Made by a program: the position numbers and the translations under genes. Below, piece by piece: positions 1 through 13,634 of a stretch of DNA of 64,000 bases; position 1 is the first letter of the stretch, and each line of letters begins with the position of its first letter. The notes below the pieces were generated by a model, which made no database searches, had not been told where the DNA came from, and worked only from the letters and a program-made list of their open reading frames with translations. The stretch comes from Heptranchias perlo (taxonomy: Eukaryota): NCBI RefSeq assembly GCF_035084215.1, contig NC_090330.1:36394001-36458000 (forward strand). The letters are read 5' to 3'.

Positions 1-410
1 ATTTGCGCACAATTAATGTTCAGGTGGTGTCTGAGCACAGAAACATCATTATACACGTCAGTAACCATTATCTAGGAAGTGGCCGTGATGCCTTCATTAT
101 GTGGCAGTTCAAGGTGGACTGCACTGTTTGAAAGAGAAGAAATACGGATGGGTGTCTTTTCAGAGATCAGGGTTGCCCTCTGCAGCCATGGCTGTTGACC
201 CCACTGAGAAATCGCTATCAGCAGTGGAGCATTGTCTACTGGAAGCCTGGGCAGTTGCTTCCTGTTTCATGGTGGCTGCCTCTACCTACAAGAGAGTGTG
301 GCATGCAACTTTGGCAGAATGAAAAAGTGTATGCAATAAGTGGTATTGCCCAGAGGATGCAAGCTAAGGTTTGTGCCATGCTTGATGGCCCTCACAAGAA
401 CGTGTGTTAA
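1..410 (+). mobile_element. Degenerate PIF/Harbinger DDE transposase fragment
   Basis: Across frameshifts it reads NVQVV..H..II, RDQGCPLQPWLLTPLRN and RF..CLD, matching the Harbinger/HARBI1 motifs INVQ.VC, GD.GYPL.PWLMTP and RFRCLD. Confidence 0.75.
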
Positions 411-574
411 AGTGAGAACACTTACCTTTGCTTTCCTCCTGATAGTAGGAAACTTTTTCTCATTGCATCCAGATATGAGGGACTTGGTTGACTGCATTGA
501 CTTGATTAAAAAAATGTGGGTCACAAGTGAAGAAATAGGGTAAGGAAATTTAGAAAGAGAGCTAGGAGCAATAG

Positions 575-885
575 TAGGAACATAACTTTCCAGGAACATA
601 GGAACAGGAGTAAGCCTTTCAGCCCCTTGAGCCTGCTCTGCCATTCAATTAGATCATGGCTGATCTGTACCTCAACTCCATTTACCCACCTTAGCTCTAT
701 ATCCCTTGATACCCTTACCTAACATAAATCTATCAATCTCAGTCTTGAAAGCTCAAATTGCCCCAGCATCCACAGCCTTTTGGGGAGAGAATTCCAGATT
801 TCTACTACTCTTTGTGTGAAAAAGTGCTTCCTGATTTCCTTCCTAAGTGGCCTAGCTCTAATTTTAAGATTATGTCCCCTCGATA
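575..885 (-). mobile_element. CR1 LINE 3' end fragment
   Basis: Has the same ggaacataggaacaggagta..cc tail (reverse complement) and 3' UTR as the CR1 copies at 24233 and 28645. Confidence 0.85.
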
Positions 886-889
886 CTTA

Positions 890-1260
890 GACAATAGACA
901 AAATATTAGAAACCCTTTTCGAGTGCTGAAATATAGCTAGAACAGTGGAATGCAAATCCACAGAAGCTGTGTTAAAGTGTTACAACGCACTGATCAGTCT
1001 TTACTGTGTTCAGTTTTGATCACTATGCCACATTAAAGATTCCAAAGAGGACAGAAAAAAGCAACATAACGGGTTGCAATATATAAACAGCCAGAGCTAT
1101 AAGAAAAGATTAGAGAAACTTAAACTTTATAGTCTAGAAAGAAGATCTTGAGAGGGGCTCCAGTGAGATATATAAAATATTAAATGGTATAAATAAAGTA
1201 AACCCAGAATACTAGTTCAAAGTAAGCCAGGAAAATAGGATAAGGCAATATAGGTTTTAA
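890..1260 (+). mobile_element. Old degraded CR1 ORF2 3' fragment
   Basis: Remnants of YCVQFW, ERLEKL..LERR.LRG and EIYKILNG. Confidence 0.65.
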
Positions 1261-1279
1261 GAACCCATTAAATCTTTGT

Positions 1280-2635
1280 TCCTGTCTTTAAATCCCTCAA
1301 TGGCCCCCAACCTTTTTCTGCAATCTCCTCCTCCCCATACTTCATTACTCAATTTCCAGCCTTTTGTGCATCTCCCCTCCCTTTGCCCCATTATTGTTGA
1401 CATAGCCTTCAGCCACCTGGGTCCTATTCTCTGCAACTCCCTTTCTTAATCCGCACAACTCCCTTTCCACACCTTCTCAAAGCCCATCTCATTGACCAAG
1501 CTTTTGGTCACCTCTTTCAATTGCTCCCTTCCAGATTCAGCATTTGTTTTCCTTCAGGGATCGGTGCTGGGTCCGCTGTTATTTGTTATTTATATTAATG
1601 ATTTGGATGAGAATTTAGGAGGCATGGTTAGTAAGTTTGCAGATGACACCAAGATTGGTGGCATTGTGGACAGTGAAGAAGGTTATCTAGGATTGCAACG
1701 GGATCTTGATAAATTGGGCCAGTGGGCCGATGAATGGCAGATGGAGTTTAATTTAGATAAATGTGAGGTGATGCATTTTGGTAGATCGAATCGGGCCAGG
1801 ACATACTCCGTTAATGGTAGGGCGTTGGGGAGAGTTATAGAACAAAGAGATCTGGGAGTACAGATTCATAGCTCCTTGAAAGTGGAGTCACAGGTGGATA
1901 GGGTGGTGAAGAAGGCATTCAGCATGCTTGGTTTCATTGGTCAGAACATTGAATGCAGGAGTTGGGATGTCTTGTTGAAGTTGTACAGGGCATTGGTGAG
2001 GCCACACTTGGAGTACTGTGTACAGTTCTGGTCACCCTATTACAGAAAGGATATTATTAAACTAGAAAGAGTGCAGAAAAGATTTACTAGGATGCTACCG
2101 GGACTTGATGGTTTGACTTACAGGGAGAGGTTAGACAGACTGGGACTTTTTTCCCTGGAGAGCAGGAGGTTAAGGGGTGATCTTATCGAAGTCTATAAAA
2201 TAATGAGGGGCATCGATAAGGTCGATAGTCAAAATCTTTTCCCAAAGGTAGGGGAGTCTATAACGAGGGGGCATAGATTTAAGGTGAGAGGGGAGAGATA
2301 CAAAAGGGTCCAGAGGGGCAATTTTTTTCACTCAAAGGGTGGTGAGTGTCTGGAACGAGCTACCAGAGGCAGTAGTAGAGGCGGGTACAATTTTGTCTTT
2401 TAAAAAGCATTTGGACAGTTACATGGGTAAGATGGGTATGGAGGGATATGGGCCAAGTGCAGGCAATTGGGACTAGCTTAGTGGTATAAACTGGGCGACA
2501 TGGACATGTTGGGCCGAAGGGCCTGTTTCCATGTTGTAACTTCTATGATTCTATGATTCTATGATTCTATCTATTTATCAAGAGCTTTGGAATGTTTTTT
2601 TCACTTTAAAGATGCTACATAAATCCAAGTTGTTG
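1280..2635 (+). mobile_element. L2 LINE 3' end relic split by the CR1 at 1555-2570
   Basis: 1280-1555 has FKSL.G and ctcattgaccaagcttttggtcacc. 2571-2635 ends in the L2-type tail aaagatgctacataaatccaagttgttgt. Confidence 0.6.
1555..2570 (+). mobile_element. Young 5'-truncated CR1 LINE (RT C-terminal part and 3' UTR)
   Basis: Open frame QGSVLGPLLF...KFADDTK...RPHLEYCVQFWSP, followed by a (CTATGATT)n tail at about 2543-2570. Confidence 0.95.
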
Positions 2636-4279
2636 TAAGAACTTTTGCCCCCTACTTTGCCACTTGCCTTTAATTGTCTATGTCCCTTTAATTTGAATCT
2701 TTAACTGCAATTTTTTTGCTCCATCACCAGTGTGCTCCCTGCAGCTATGATTAATAATGCAAATGGTAACCTAAAGAAAATTGTATGCTTTAGTACATTA
2801 CCTCTCTGGTGAGACATGCACCAATTATTAACCATTAAAAACTGAAATGCAAGAGTACACAAAAATCAAGGCTAATGTTTCTTCACATCCCAGCATACTA
2901 TCTCCAGACCACCTCCATGAGCACTGTAGTTTGGCAGACTACAGTGGGTACTCCTTTTCGATTTTGTGTGATGTGGTGGATTGGACAGAGGTCAGCAGTT
3001 GCTATTATGTGTTCCTACTTCAAAGTAAACAACGTCACATATGTGAGGAAAGAACAACATTATCTTTGATGGTAGTTGGTCACAGAACACACAATATGAA
3101 ATTGCTCACTCTATAGAAACCAGTAAGATTTTAAAATTCTCAATCAAATGCTAAGAAACTATTAGTTTACCCACAACTCATTTCATTGCTGAGTGGTATA
3201 AGTTTTCATATTCTTAAAAATTGCAGGGAGAATCAATTTCTGTTAGTAGTGCATTTTAAAGTGTTACACAGCATGTCCAAATGTGAACTTTTCCTGAACA
3301 ATGCAGTTTAGGACAGGCCAGCAGGAGAGGCCAGTTTCTTAATATTCCCTCCCAGCTGACAAGGCTTTCCTCTGGAAGTGTACATTCAGAAAATTTTGAA
3401 TTAATCAAGGGCTCAAAGCAAATAATTTGAAGAAGAATGTATGCTCATATGATTGACAAAGGATTCTGCAAAACCCTGCCTTCATGATGGCAGAGTGAAT
3501 CTCAAGCCTGTACAATGCAGATATAAAGATTAGCAAGGTAAAGGTTGAGAAAAAAACAATTCAGGTCTGTCATGGACACACAACACAAAGGGTGCAGCAG
3601 TTGTTCATACACAGGCAAAATGCTAAGTGGGAGACTGAGAAAATTGAACCTGAAGCCTACAATATCCTGAAGATAGATCTCCTGTTGGACTGATTGTGGT
3701 GAAAAAGGTCCTAAGCAATCATTCATGGTGCATGGTGGATAAATGAAAAGACTGTTGTAATGAAGATTAATACCGCTGTAGTTGTTTCTGTACTTCAGTA
3801 TTTGAAAGGCTGCACATAAACAATTTCCAGAGTTAGGATTATAATCTGTTACTTTAGTACACAAAACATATGCTCATTACAACTATTGGGTAATTCAGGC
3901 AAATGTGGCACATAAAGGTCAGGTCTTAGACCAAGAATTATTAATAACAAAGAGCAATGGACTTTCTCTGCTCAGAAGAAAGTAACTGGATGAATTAAAT
4001 TAGACTAGTCCAGAATTAATCAATATCTGTTGTTCTATAGGAGGTGCAACAAAAATAATTGGATGTATTCAAAAATGTAGGTGGCCACTTTGAAGTATAA
4101 AAGCCAAGTCAAAGGTAACTTAAAATTCAACACATCAATTTTTTAAACACAGGCCCAGTCCTGAAGAGTGTAGAGAAACAGATTCAGAAATTGGAAACTG
4201 TATGTCATCTCAGCAATGTATAGTGAATGGACAGCTCTTGCTGGATACACACATAAATTTGATGGCACTTCCAGCAATA

Positions 4280-4380
4280 AAAATAAAAATGCAGGAAATA
4301 CACAGCGGGGCCATCAGCGTGTGAAAGGAGTAAAATGTTGATGTATTTTCTGCTTTTATTTCAGATTTCCAGTGCTTTCT
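4280..4380. mobile_element. Degenerate Penelope-terminus hairpin remnant
   Basis: aaaatgcaggaaatacacagc...tattttctgcttttatttcagatttccag resembles both orientations of the terminus at 44369. Confidence 0.5.
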
Positions 4381-5329
4381 TTTTATTCAGTACTGTCAGG
4401 ATTTGTGGCAAGTAGAAAATGAGCATCAATCCATACCTAAATGTGGACCAGCATCCCACTCCAAGCCCCTGTATTTGTTTGCTAAACTTGTGGGACAACA
4501 AAAGATCCCGAGTGAGAGCTCTCAAAGGCCTATCAACATTTCACTTTAGATGACAGCTCTCTGCAGTGTCCGATTGGTATCGGGTCTTGATTAGTTTGCC
4601 ATTAGCTCTGACTTTTTACATCAGCTGAAACGAGATGATGGGCTCCACACAACAGCTGGAAGTATAAAAGGTCTTAGTAGTATCAATTTATATTGTGCTG
4701 AGGCACATATTATCTAAAGCCAAACAAAGTGGAAAAAATATTTGGGCACGTTAATGGCATTCAAATTATTAAAGATGAAAAACGTGCAACAGTGGCAAGG
4801 CTGGCAGTGTAATAGAGCTTTTAAATGATTTTCACTGTAAGAGATCTCAATGACATTTCAAAGCTGAGAACTAAAGTAGTGGAGGATGCAGGCACTGTTA
4901 TGGAGGAAAGAGTGGTTATTAATTAATTGGCCATTGTGAAACATGATTTATTTAATGGCCGATGAAGGTCCAGATGAGGTGCATCAAAATGTACCAAAAA
5001 GAATTAAGATGGTGCAGTGTGAGTGCATAAATTTTGTGAATATCATTCCAGTTATTAAACAGAATCATTCGCATGTTTCTGGGAAATAGGATGCTGATTT
5101 TCCAATAGGGGTACAGTGGTGATGCACCAGATGTGAGTGAGTGCATCTAATGTCCAAGCATATCTAATGAAACGGATATCACAAGGGTTTGAGAGAGCCA
5201 TAAATTTAAATAATTATTCAGCACTTCCAGTATTGATTATGCCAGGTGCTGGGTGCATGCAGGTCACGGAAGCTGACTATCCAGCAGTGCAGCACATTTA
5301 AAGACTGCTGCTGTGCCTTAAAGGGACAG

Positions 5330-5900
5330 ACACAATTTCAGCAGTGGAAGTTTGCAGCAGAAAAACTTGTGTTGTACACATTGAAACACGTGGCTGAAGA
5401 TAGTGCAAAGAGCCCATGGAGGTGGCAGAACTGTCCCTTTTACAAAGAGAGCCCTGGAAGTGATGGTGATGGAGGTGCAACAAGAAATGGATGGCTGCCA
5501 TCTTTTGGTCAAAGGGGCACCTTCTTCAGATGTCTGCTGTTCAGGCTGCCTGGGAAGAGGTGATAGAGCAAGTGAGCGCAGTTCACATCAGTATAGATGC
5601 GGATAAAGTTTAACACGTTGGAAAAGTCACCAAGGTAAGTGCACGCTGAATGTAGATGTTCAATGTAATGATATGGCATGGCTGCAACATACATTATTAC
5701 CTCAACCAGCTGCAAGTTGATGGTGAACATATCATGATCACCTGGGAACCCTTTAGCCTTTCTCACACAATCACAAGGCCACCCATATTTGTGCATGATG
5801 TACCTTCCAGCTTCCAAAAAAAACCTTCCAATGATGTGGCTCATTTATCAAAAAATGTAGGCCAAAAAATGTTTGTAACAATCACTTGCATGCCCTTGTA
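5330..5900. mobile_element. Degenerate Harbinger element: Myb/SANT remnant (+) and transposase remnant (-)
   Basis: Plus strand reads RTVPFTKRALEVMVMEV...AAWEEVIEQVSA (Myb/SANT-like). Minus strand reads KGF...TINLQLV.VIMYVAA (transposase-like). Confidence 0.6.
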
Positions 5901-6329
5901 GCAGATGATGGGCACATATGGTAGCTGAGACTTTCTAAGGACCTGAGTATTATGCCACATGCACAATGTATTATACCTCTACTAAGGAGGGAAGTGGTTT
6001 GTCACTTAAAAGAGAATAGGATTTTAAAAATTTTTTGTATCAGCTCCCTTGCACAGGGGGATGAGGGGGAGCTGGATGAGGTCTCGTACAACCTCACCCT
6101 GATGGTGAGTAGTCGGCGGACTTTCTGGCTGCATGGGGTAGGTGGGCGACGGAGATGTACCCGCAATGGCGCAGGTGCCCACCAGCCCCATGCAAGTGAG
6201 GTGCCTTCCCGCTGACCCTGTAAACTCCAGTTGGGGTCAGTGCTAGAGGGCACCATCAGGTCAAATCCCAATGTAACTGCCGGGAATGTGGCCCATGAAT
6301 TGTTTGAACTCCAGCGTTTACAGGGCAGA

Positions 6330-8930
6330 TAATGAAAATGAAAACCAGGGCTAATATAAAATAAAGAAAGGCTACAAAAAGGGAGATTAGAAAGATTAAG
6401 AGGGAGTATGAGAGAACTTTTGCCAAAAAAAATACAAGGGCAATAAAAACGGCTTTTTAATAGGCACATCAGTAGCAGGAGAATAGTTATGGTACATGTA
6501 GGAGCTATCAAGAGATGGAGGAGGTAAGCTTGTAGTAGTGGATAAGGGAATGGCAGAGATACTAAAGAAGTATTTTGCTTCAGTTTTTGCAGTGAAGGTG
6601 GATATTGGGAATGTAGAACCGTCAGAGATGGGCGTAGAACGTTAGTGGAGGTTATTATTCAAGGAGAAATGGTACTAAAGAAGTCACTCAAACTTAATGA
6701 AAATAATCATTGGAACCCAATAATTTGTATCCAAGGATCCTGAGGGAAGAAATAGCAAAAGAACTGACTAATTTTCCAAAATTCTATGGAAAGAAAAATT
6801 GTGTCAGTGAACTGGAGGCTGGTAAATATGACTCCTCTCTTCAAAAAAGGTAATGAGGATAAGCTAGGAAATTCTAGACCAGTTAGCCTTGCTTCAGTTG
6901 TTTTTCAGTTGAAATGATTTCATCTTGTAATAGATTCTAATGGTGATTTTACAAGTGCCTGCTACCGGTGGAAAACACTTGGAGAAATACGAATTAATCA
7001 GAAATCATTGCGAACTGGTCCTATGGGGCCGGTCGTGCTTGAAGTTATTTGAAGAAATAGCAGAAAGGATGGATTAAAAAAATGCAGTGGATGTGGTTTA
7101 TTTAGATTTTCAAAAAGCATTTTTAAGGCACCATTTGAGAGATTAATGGCAAACATAACGGCACATGAAATTAAACGGAATATGGTCACGTGGCTAGAGG
7201 GTTTGAGGATAGAAAGCAAAGGGTTGTTTGCTCCGACTGGAAAGATGTGGTGAGTGTCTTCTTCTGGGATCTGTGTTGGGGCCGCTCTTATTTTTTATGA
7301 GATAGAATTTTCATGAGGGTTTCCCGATCTGCTGCCATAACTTCAGCCAAAAATCAGCAGAAGCCCCGGAGAAATGAGGTTTCTGCCAGTCTTCTGCAAA
7401 AGTTACAGCAGGGGATATGGCGAATTACTGGTGCTTATACTTAAGTAGGCTGAGGGTTATATTGGATAACCCACGAAAACAGGTGCTGGGATCGCGGTGG
7501 GTGATTAACCCTCGCCCAGTAGTAGCGATGCAGGCAGCATGTAACATTGTTTTAAATGATTGCTCAAGAGGCAGTGGGAGGAAGTAGGGGAGGAGGTCAA
7601 TGCCAGACGCATAGCGCCAAGGACATGAATTCAGTGCAGGAAGAAGTTCAATGATTTGACATGGGTGGTCAAGGTGAGTGAGTTCAACTGTCAAATGGCA
7701 TATCGTACCAACTGCACCACTAACCTCGTCCACTTCTCCACATATTATACCCCTCCTCACCCACCTACCAACAAACTCTTCCTATCAGATGCTTCATCTC
7801 ACCCTCACACATTACCAATGTTGCAAGCCGCACACCCACAACTCACAGGTCACACACACTTCAATCATGACAGCCACATCACCCAAATATCTTGCAGGAC
7901 ACTCACTGATACACTTCCCTCTTTCTTGCAGGGGAAGGTGACGCATAACAAGAGGCAGCAAGTGGCAGTGCTCCATGGAACATGAACCTGCTGTCCCCTC
8001 TCAGGATGATAGTATTCTTGCTCCCACCTCTGCCACTCCACCAGTGCCCTTGCTGTTGCCTGTCGGCTAGCCAGACCACTCCCTGTAGAGTATTGAAACT
8101 TGATCCAAGTATAGGAAACCTGCAAAAACCCATACAAATGCTTCAGCAGCCAGAAGAAACAATCCACCAACTAACCTGTTACTCCTGCATGATCCATTTA
8201 AATAGTGCTGTTGGGGGGGGGGGGGGGGTTCTTCATGTTGTTTAAGACCTCTTCAGCTGTGTGAGGTTAAGACAGTGCGTTGGCTGGAGTGGGGAGTTCA
8301 AAAATAACAGCGGTCCCTTTAAATCACCGTTGCACACTGATCCGTGACATAATCTCCCTACTCTACATGCTGCCGGTATTCGTTAGGTGCGTGTGCACAC
8401 AAACCCCTTTACCAAGATAGCGTCCTGTGCACGGCACATTGGAAATGTGTGCGCACATCTCAGATGCCATTTTCGGAGCTTAGATGTCTGCGTAGCGCCT
8501 ACAAAACAGACGCTACGTGGCCCAATTTCGCCCCCGTTGAATTTAGAAATTTAGGGAACAATATTCAAATTTGCTAATGACACTAAATTGGGGTATAGCA
8601 AATTCTGACATGGATTGTTCAAAGACTACTGGAGGACCTAGGTTGGATAGCAGATTGGACAGATGGTGGCAGGTGCAGTTCAATGAAGAAAAATATGAAG
8701 TAATACATTTTGAATGAATAGGGTAAGGAAATGCACCTTAAATGGTAAGATTTTAAATGGAGTAATGGAACAGAGGGTCCTTGTTGTACAGATACACAAC
8801 ATTAAAGTTAGCAGTGCAAGTAGATAAGGCCCTAAAAAAAAGGCAAATTGAACCCTTGGTTTTGTATCTGAGGCATAGAATACAAAAGCAAAAAAGTAAC
8901 AATGACATTGTACAAGATCTCAGTTAGGCA
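6330..8930 (+). mobile_element. Old CR1 ORF2 interrupted by a Harbinger derivative
   Basis: MAEILKKYFASVF, GN.RPVSL, YLDFQKAF and GSVLGPLLF lie before 7298. KFANDTKL resumes after 8535. Confidence 0.85.
7299..8535 (+). mobile_element. Non-autonomous Harbinger derivative with a spliced Myb/SANT gene remnant
   Basis: EVGEEVNAR..PRT*IQCRKKFNDLT followed by a GTGAGT donor (about 7580-7680), then ttgcag|GKVTHNKRQ (about 7930). Ends in aatttcgccccc and splits the CR1 RT. Confidence 0.75.
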
Positions 8931-9219
8931 CAACTTTGCTGTCACTCTGACAGAAGTGCAAGAGTCAATTTGACCATTTATTGACGTGATCTACTACGAG
9001 CAATCAGCCTCTAATTGATCTGAGGAAAACACTAATTATATCTTGTAGTGTATTATTGGTACAATGCACCTGTCCTTATTAAACAGTAACTCACAGTGAG
9101 CAGCACCACAAGTAATCCATAATTAGAACTTACCTATGTAACTTTCAATCCTTCTCCTAGTCAGTCTTGCTACAGAGTTTGCATCGAGGCTAAGATAGCA
9201 AAAAAATAACAGAAGGCTG

Positions 9220-9932
9220 GAGACTACTGGACCTATCAGAAGGTTAGAAGTTTTGATTGCCTTATTTGAGGGTTAAATTACAGTCGACATTCATGCCACC
9301 CAAAACTTTATGCCAGGTTCTAAAGTATTCTGTGTATAATGTATATTGACAATGTGAGGTGTATTCCATGAGTGTCTGCAGGCGAAAGGACAGCAGGGAG
9401 GACATCCAATTCAAGGTCCAGGTGGAAGTGTGTTTGAAGTCACACATCAGGCAAACAGCTGGATAGTTGGAATAGGTAAGCAGATGGCTGAGCAGCAGGT
9501 GTGGAGTCAGGAATTGGTTCATAAGTTATCCAAATTTATCAACTACCCTTTAGGGAAAGCAGATGATGTTCCATAAAATACATGGCCCTAATTATTAAGT
9601 TGGACATGATAAATAACTGAGACATAGCTTACTCAAAAGGAGTATATTTTGCTTAACAGGTTCCAATTAATCAGAAATATGTATAGTATGCTGCAGGCAA
9701 TAATGTCAATACCACGAGACTATTGGATGTATCAGAAGGTTAGAAGTTTTGATTGCCTTATTTGAGAGTTAAATTACAGTCGACATTCATGCCACCCAAA
9801 ACTTTATGCCAGGTTCTGAACCATTCTGTGTATAATGTATATTGCCGGCGCGGACACGATGGGCCGAAGGGCCTCTATCCGTGCTGTATAACTCTATGAC
9901 TGACTCTATGACAATGTAAGGTGTAGTCCATG
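9220..9932. repeat. Local ~150-bp direct duplication (9220-9370 and 9716-9932)
   Basis: Both copies carry tatcagaaggttagaagttttgattgccttatttgag...ttctgtgtataatgtatattg. Confidence 0.9.
9845..9910 (+). mobile_element. 66-bp CR1 3' tail insertion
   Basis: ccggcgcggacacgatgggccgaagggcctc...ctctatgactgactctatg is present only in the second duplicate copy. Confidence 0.9.
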
Positions 9933-12624
9933 TGCAATAAATGTACTGCTGCAACTGTAAAATTATAAATTTTAAAAATGAACCTTATTTTTAAAAGCAA
10001 GCTTATTGGTGGCCAAACCTCTATTATACAGTACACTGTATTTAAATACATGTTGACATAATTTAAAATTTTGAATTAAAATACAATTGAAATTTTTTTA
10101 TATAGTCAATTACTCTTGTAGCACAAAGTTGTCTCAGTGAAGCTACATTTTCAATACATTTCTGTTAGAGTTCAGGGAAACTAAGTAACAAGTCTTTGTG
10201 CAGTAAATCTGATCAATCAGACTATGTTTGCATGGTATTCATAGTATCATTGTATCGTGGTAGGTACAGCACAGGAGGAGGCCGTTCAGCCCATCATGCC
10301 TGTGCTGGCTCTTTGACAGAGCTATCCAATTAGTCTCATTCCCCGCTCTTTCCCCATAGCCCTTGAAGTATTTATCCAATTCCCTTTTGAAAGTTACTAT
10401 TGAATCTGTTTCCACCACCCTTTCAGGCAGTGCATTCCAAACCGTTACAACCCTGCGTAAAAAAATATTTCCTCATGTCGCCTCTGGCTCTTTTGTCGAT
10501 CACCTTAAATCTGTGTCCTCTGGTTACCGACCCGTCTGCCACTGGAAACAGTTTCTCCTTGTTTACTCTGTCAAAACCGTTCATGATTTTGAACACCTCT
10601 ATCAAATCTCCCCTTAACTTTTTCTGTTCTAAGGAGAACAACCCCAGCTTCTCCAGTCTTTCCACATAACTGAAGTCCCTCATCCCTAGCACCATTCTAG
10701 TAAATCTCTTCTGCACCCTCTCTAAGGCCTTGACATCCTTCCTAAAGTGTGGTGCCCAGAATTAAACACATTACGCCAACTGAAGCCTAACTAGTGTTTT
10801 ATAAAAGTTTAGCATAGCCTCCTTGCTTTTGTACTCTATGCCTCAATTAACAAAGCCAAGGATCTCATATGCTTTTTGAACAGCCTTCTCAACTTGTCCT
10901 GCCACCTTCAAAGATTTGTGTATGTGCACCCCCAGGTCTCTCTGTTCCTACACCCCTTTAAAATTGTACCATTTAGTTTATATTGCCTCTCCTTATTCTT
11001 CCTACCAAAATGCATCATTTCACACTTCTCTGCATTAAATTTGATCTGCCATGTGTCTGCCCATTTCACCAGTCTGTCTATGACCTCCCGAAGTCTGTTA
11101 CTATTCTTCGCATTGTTTACTATATTTCTGAGTTTCGTGTCATCTGAAAACTTTGAAATCATACCCTCTATACCCAAATCCAGGTCATTAATATATATCA
11201 AAAAGAGCAGTGGTCCCAATATTGACCCCCTTGGGAACTCCACTGTCTACTTCCCTCCAGCCTGAAAAACAACCGTTCACCACTACTTTCTGCTTTCTGT
11301 CCCCTAGCCAATTTTGCATCCACGCTGCCACAGTCCCTTTAATCCCATGGGCTTTCATTTTGCGAACAAGTCTATTATGTAGTACTTTATTAAATGCATT
11401 TTGAAAGTCCATATACACAACATGAAACGCATTACCCTCATCAACCCTCTCCAATACTTCATCAAAGAACTCAATCAAGTTAGTCAAACATGATTTTCCT
11501 TTAACAAATTGGTGCTGACTTTCATTTATTAGCCCATACTTTTCCGAGTGCCAATTGATTTTGTCCCAGATTATTGTTTCTAAAAGTTTTCCTACCATCG
11601 ACGTTAGGCTGACAGGCCTGTAATTGTCGGGTTTATCCTTCTCCCTTTTTTTGAACAGCGATGTAACATTTGCAATCCCCCAGTCCTCCAGCACCATCTC
11701 CATATCTAAGGAGGATTGGAAGATTGTGACCAATTCCACAATTTCCAACCTTACTTCCCTCAGTAACCTAGGATGCATCCCATCTGGACCGGATGACTTT
11801 TCTACTCTGAGTACTGCCAATCTTTTAAGTGCCTCCTCTTTATCTATTTTTATCCTATCCAATATCACTACTACCTCCTCCTTTACTGCTACTATGGCAG
11901 TATCCTCTTCTCTAGTGAAGACGAATGCAAAGTATTCATTTAGTACCTCAACCATGCCCTCTGTCTCCACAAGAAGATCTCCTTTTTTGTCCCTAATCGG
12001 TCCCACGCTTCCTTTGACTACCCTTTTACTATTTACATGTTTATAAAAGACTTTTGGGTTCCCATTTATGTTAGCTGCTAATGTAGTCTCATACTCTCTC
12101 TTTGGGCTCGATTTTACCGTCGGGTTTCCTGTGGGTTTCCAGCGGGGGGGGCCCGAAAATCCCGATATCCAGTCACGTGACCGGATCGCGCCACGATCCC
12201 GCCCACTTCCGGGTTCCCCGATGACGTGCGGGGGTGCATGCGTGGCCCCCGCTGGTGGGAATCCCGCAGGCAATTAAAGCCAGCAGGATGCCACTTGAGG
12301 TTATTTATTTCGCTCGTTCAGGTCATTAACTGACCTGATTAAGGGACTGTGTGTGATTTTGGGGAAACATGGGACTGTTTCACACACTGGGGGAAACAGT
12401 CCTAGTTGAACTGGATGTGTTGCAGCTGTCAGCCTGTGGCAGCTGCAAAGGTCCATTTGACAGGTGGTGGGGGGAGACCCTCACCCATTGCAGGAGGCCG
12501 CTCTGTCACTTGGGACAAAGTGTGGCCTCCACCACCCCCCTCCGGATGGTCAAAGTCACCAACCAGCACACTCACCCCGGGGTCCGGAGACATGTGCCTA
12601 CCTTGCGGACCCCCTCAGATGTAC

Positions 12625-13085
12625 ATATTGCGGATGGGGGCCGCCGTAGCTGCAGTCATGACCCCCTCAGAGGGCGAACAGCATCACCAGCCTCGCCATC
12701 CACGCCGTCCACCTCTGACACGTGGAGCTCCACAACAGAGTGCTGTGACACATCCACCTGTACAGCAGGAGGGAGGGCTACCGCAGAGAGAGACGCGTCG
12801 CAGAGGGCACTACCCTCGCCACAGGGTCCACAGACCGAGGCGCAGCTCCCCGGACCTCTCCGAGCAGCAGTGCACACGGAGGCGCAGATTCACTCGAAAT
12901 GTAGTCGTGGAGATCTGCAGGCTCTTTCATGCCGAGCTGCTCCTGGCTGGCCCCAGCACCATCTGCTTACCTGTCGCTGCCAAAGTCACCACTGCCCTCC
13001 ACAACTTCTCCTCCGCATCCTTCCAGGGTGCAGCCGGGTACACCGCCGATGTCTCTCAGTCGTCTGCGTGGAAGAGCCCTGCAAA
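12625..13085 (+). pseudogene. Harbinger transposase N-terminal portion (HARBI1-like); the DDE core is deleted
   Basis: YPRHRVHRPR..LSEQQC.RR.RFTR.VV.EICRL...LPVAAKVTTALH.F.S.SFQ..A....VSQSS. Confidence 0.85.
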
Positions 13086-13634
13086 TACACCTGCACCTAC
13101 TCTGCAGTAACACAATGGGTGGCATCAGTGGTGGGTCCTCATTGTGATACCCAGGAGCGGGCATTATTGGACACAACAGACAGGATTCGCGGAGACATGG
13201 CAGTGGTGGTGCCAATATAATGTGTGATGTTTGTTGCTCTGAAATTCAATATAGGTAACACCCATGGCAAACCCTCAGACACCCTTGTGCATCCCCTTCA
13301 TGCTCACGACACGTTTGCCGTACGCTGCCTACTGCACATATGCGATGCATGCCCTGTGGCTGCAACACATGAGGTGGCAGGTTGAGTGAGGCTGGCCGTG
13401 AGGCAGATGCACGAGAGGGTGAGTATGGGATAGAGCCATGAGATTGTATGAGGATTGGGTTGCGTGTTAGTGGCGGGGTGAGTACTGGCGAGGTGAGTAG
13501 GTGCAGGTAAGATGAGGATGGGGTTTGAGTGGGTATGAGGGGTGATGTGACAGAGTAGTGTTGGCGGTGCCGAAGGAGATGTGGGGTGGGGGCAGTGTTG
13601 TGGCAGACAGAATGTAGGGGAAAGACTACGTGCT

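Noticed and set aside
1492-2403. 303-aa ORF as a host gene
   Set aside because: It is a truncated CR1 RT with about 20 flank-derived residues and a non-ATG start.
9382-9475. Plus-strand exon ending in GTAAG
   Set aside because: There is no pyrimidine tract, and the region resembles degraded CR1 (WLSSR..V.I).
11188-12273. 361-aa ORF as a novel RT fusion gene
   Set aside because: It is chance read-through from the Harbinger terminus into a frameshifted CR1 ORF2.
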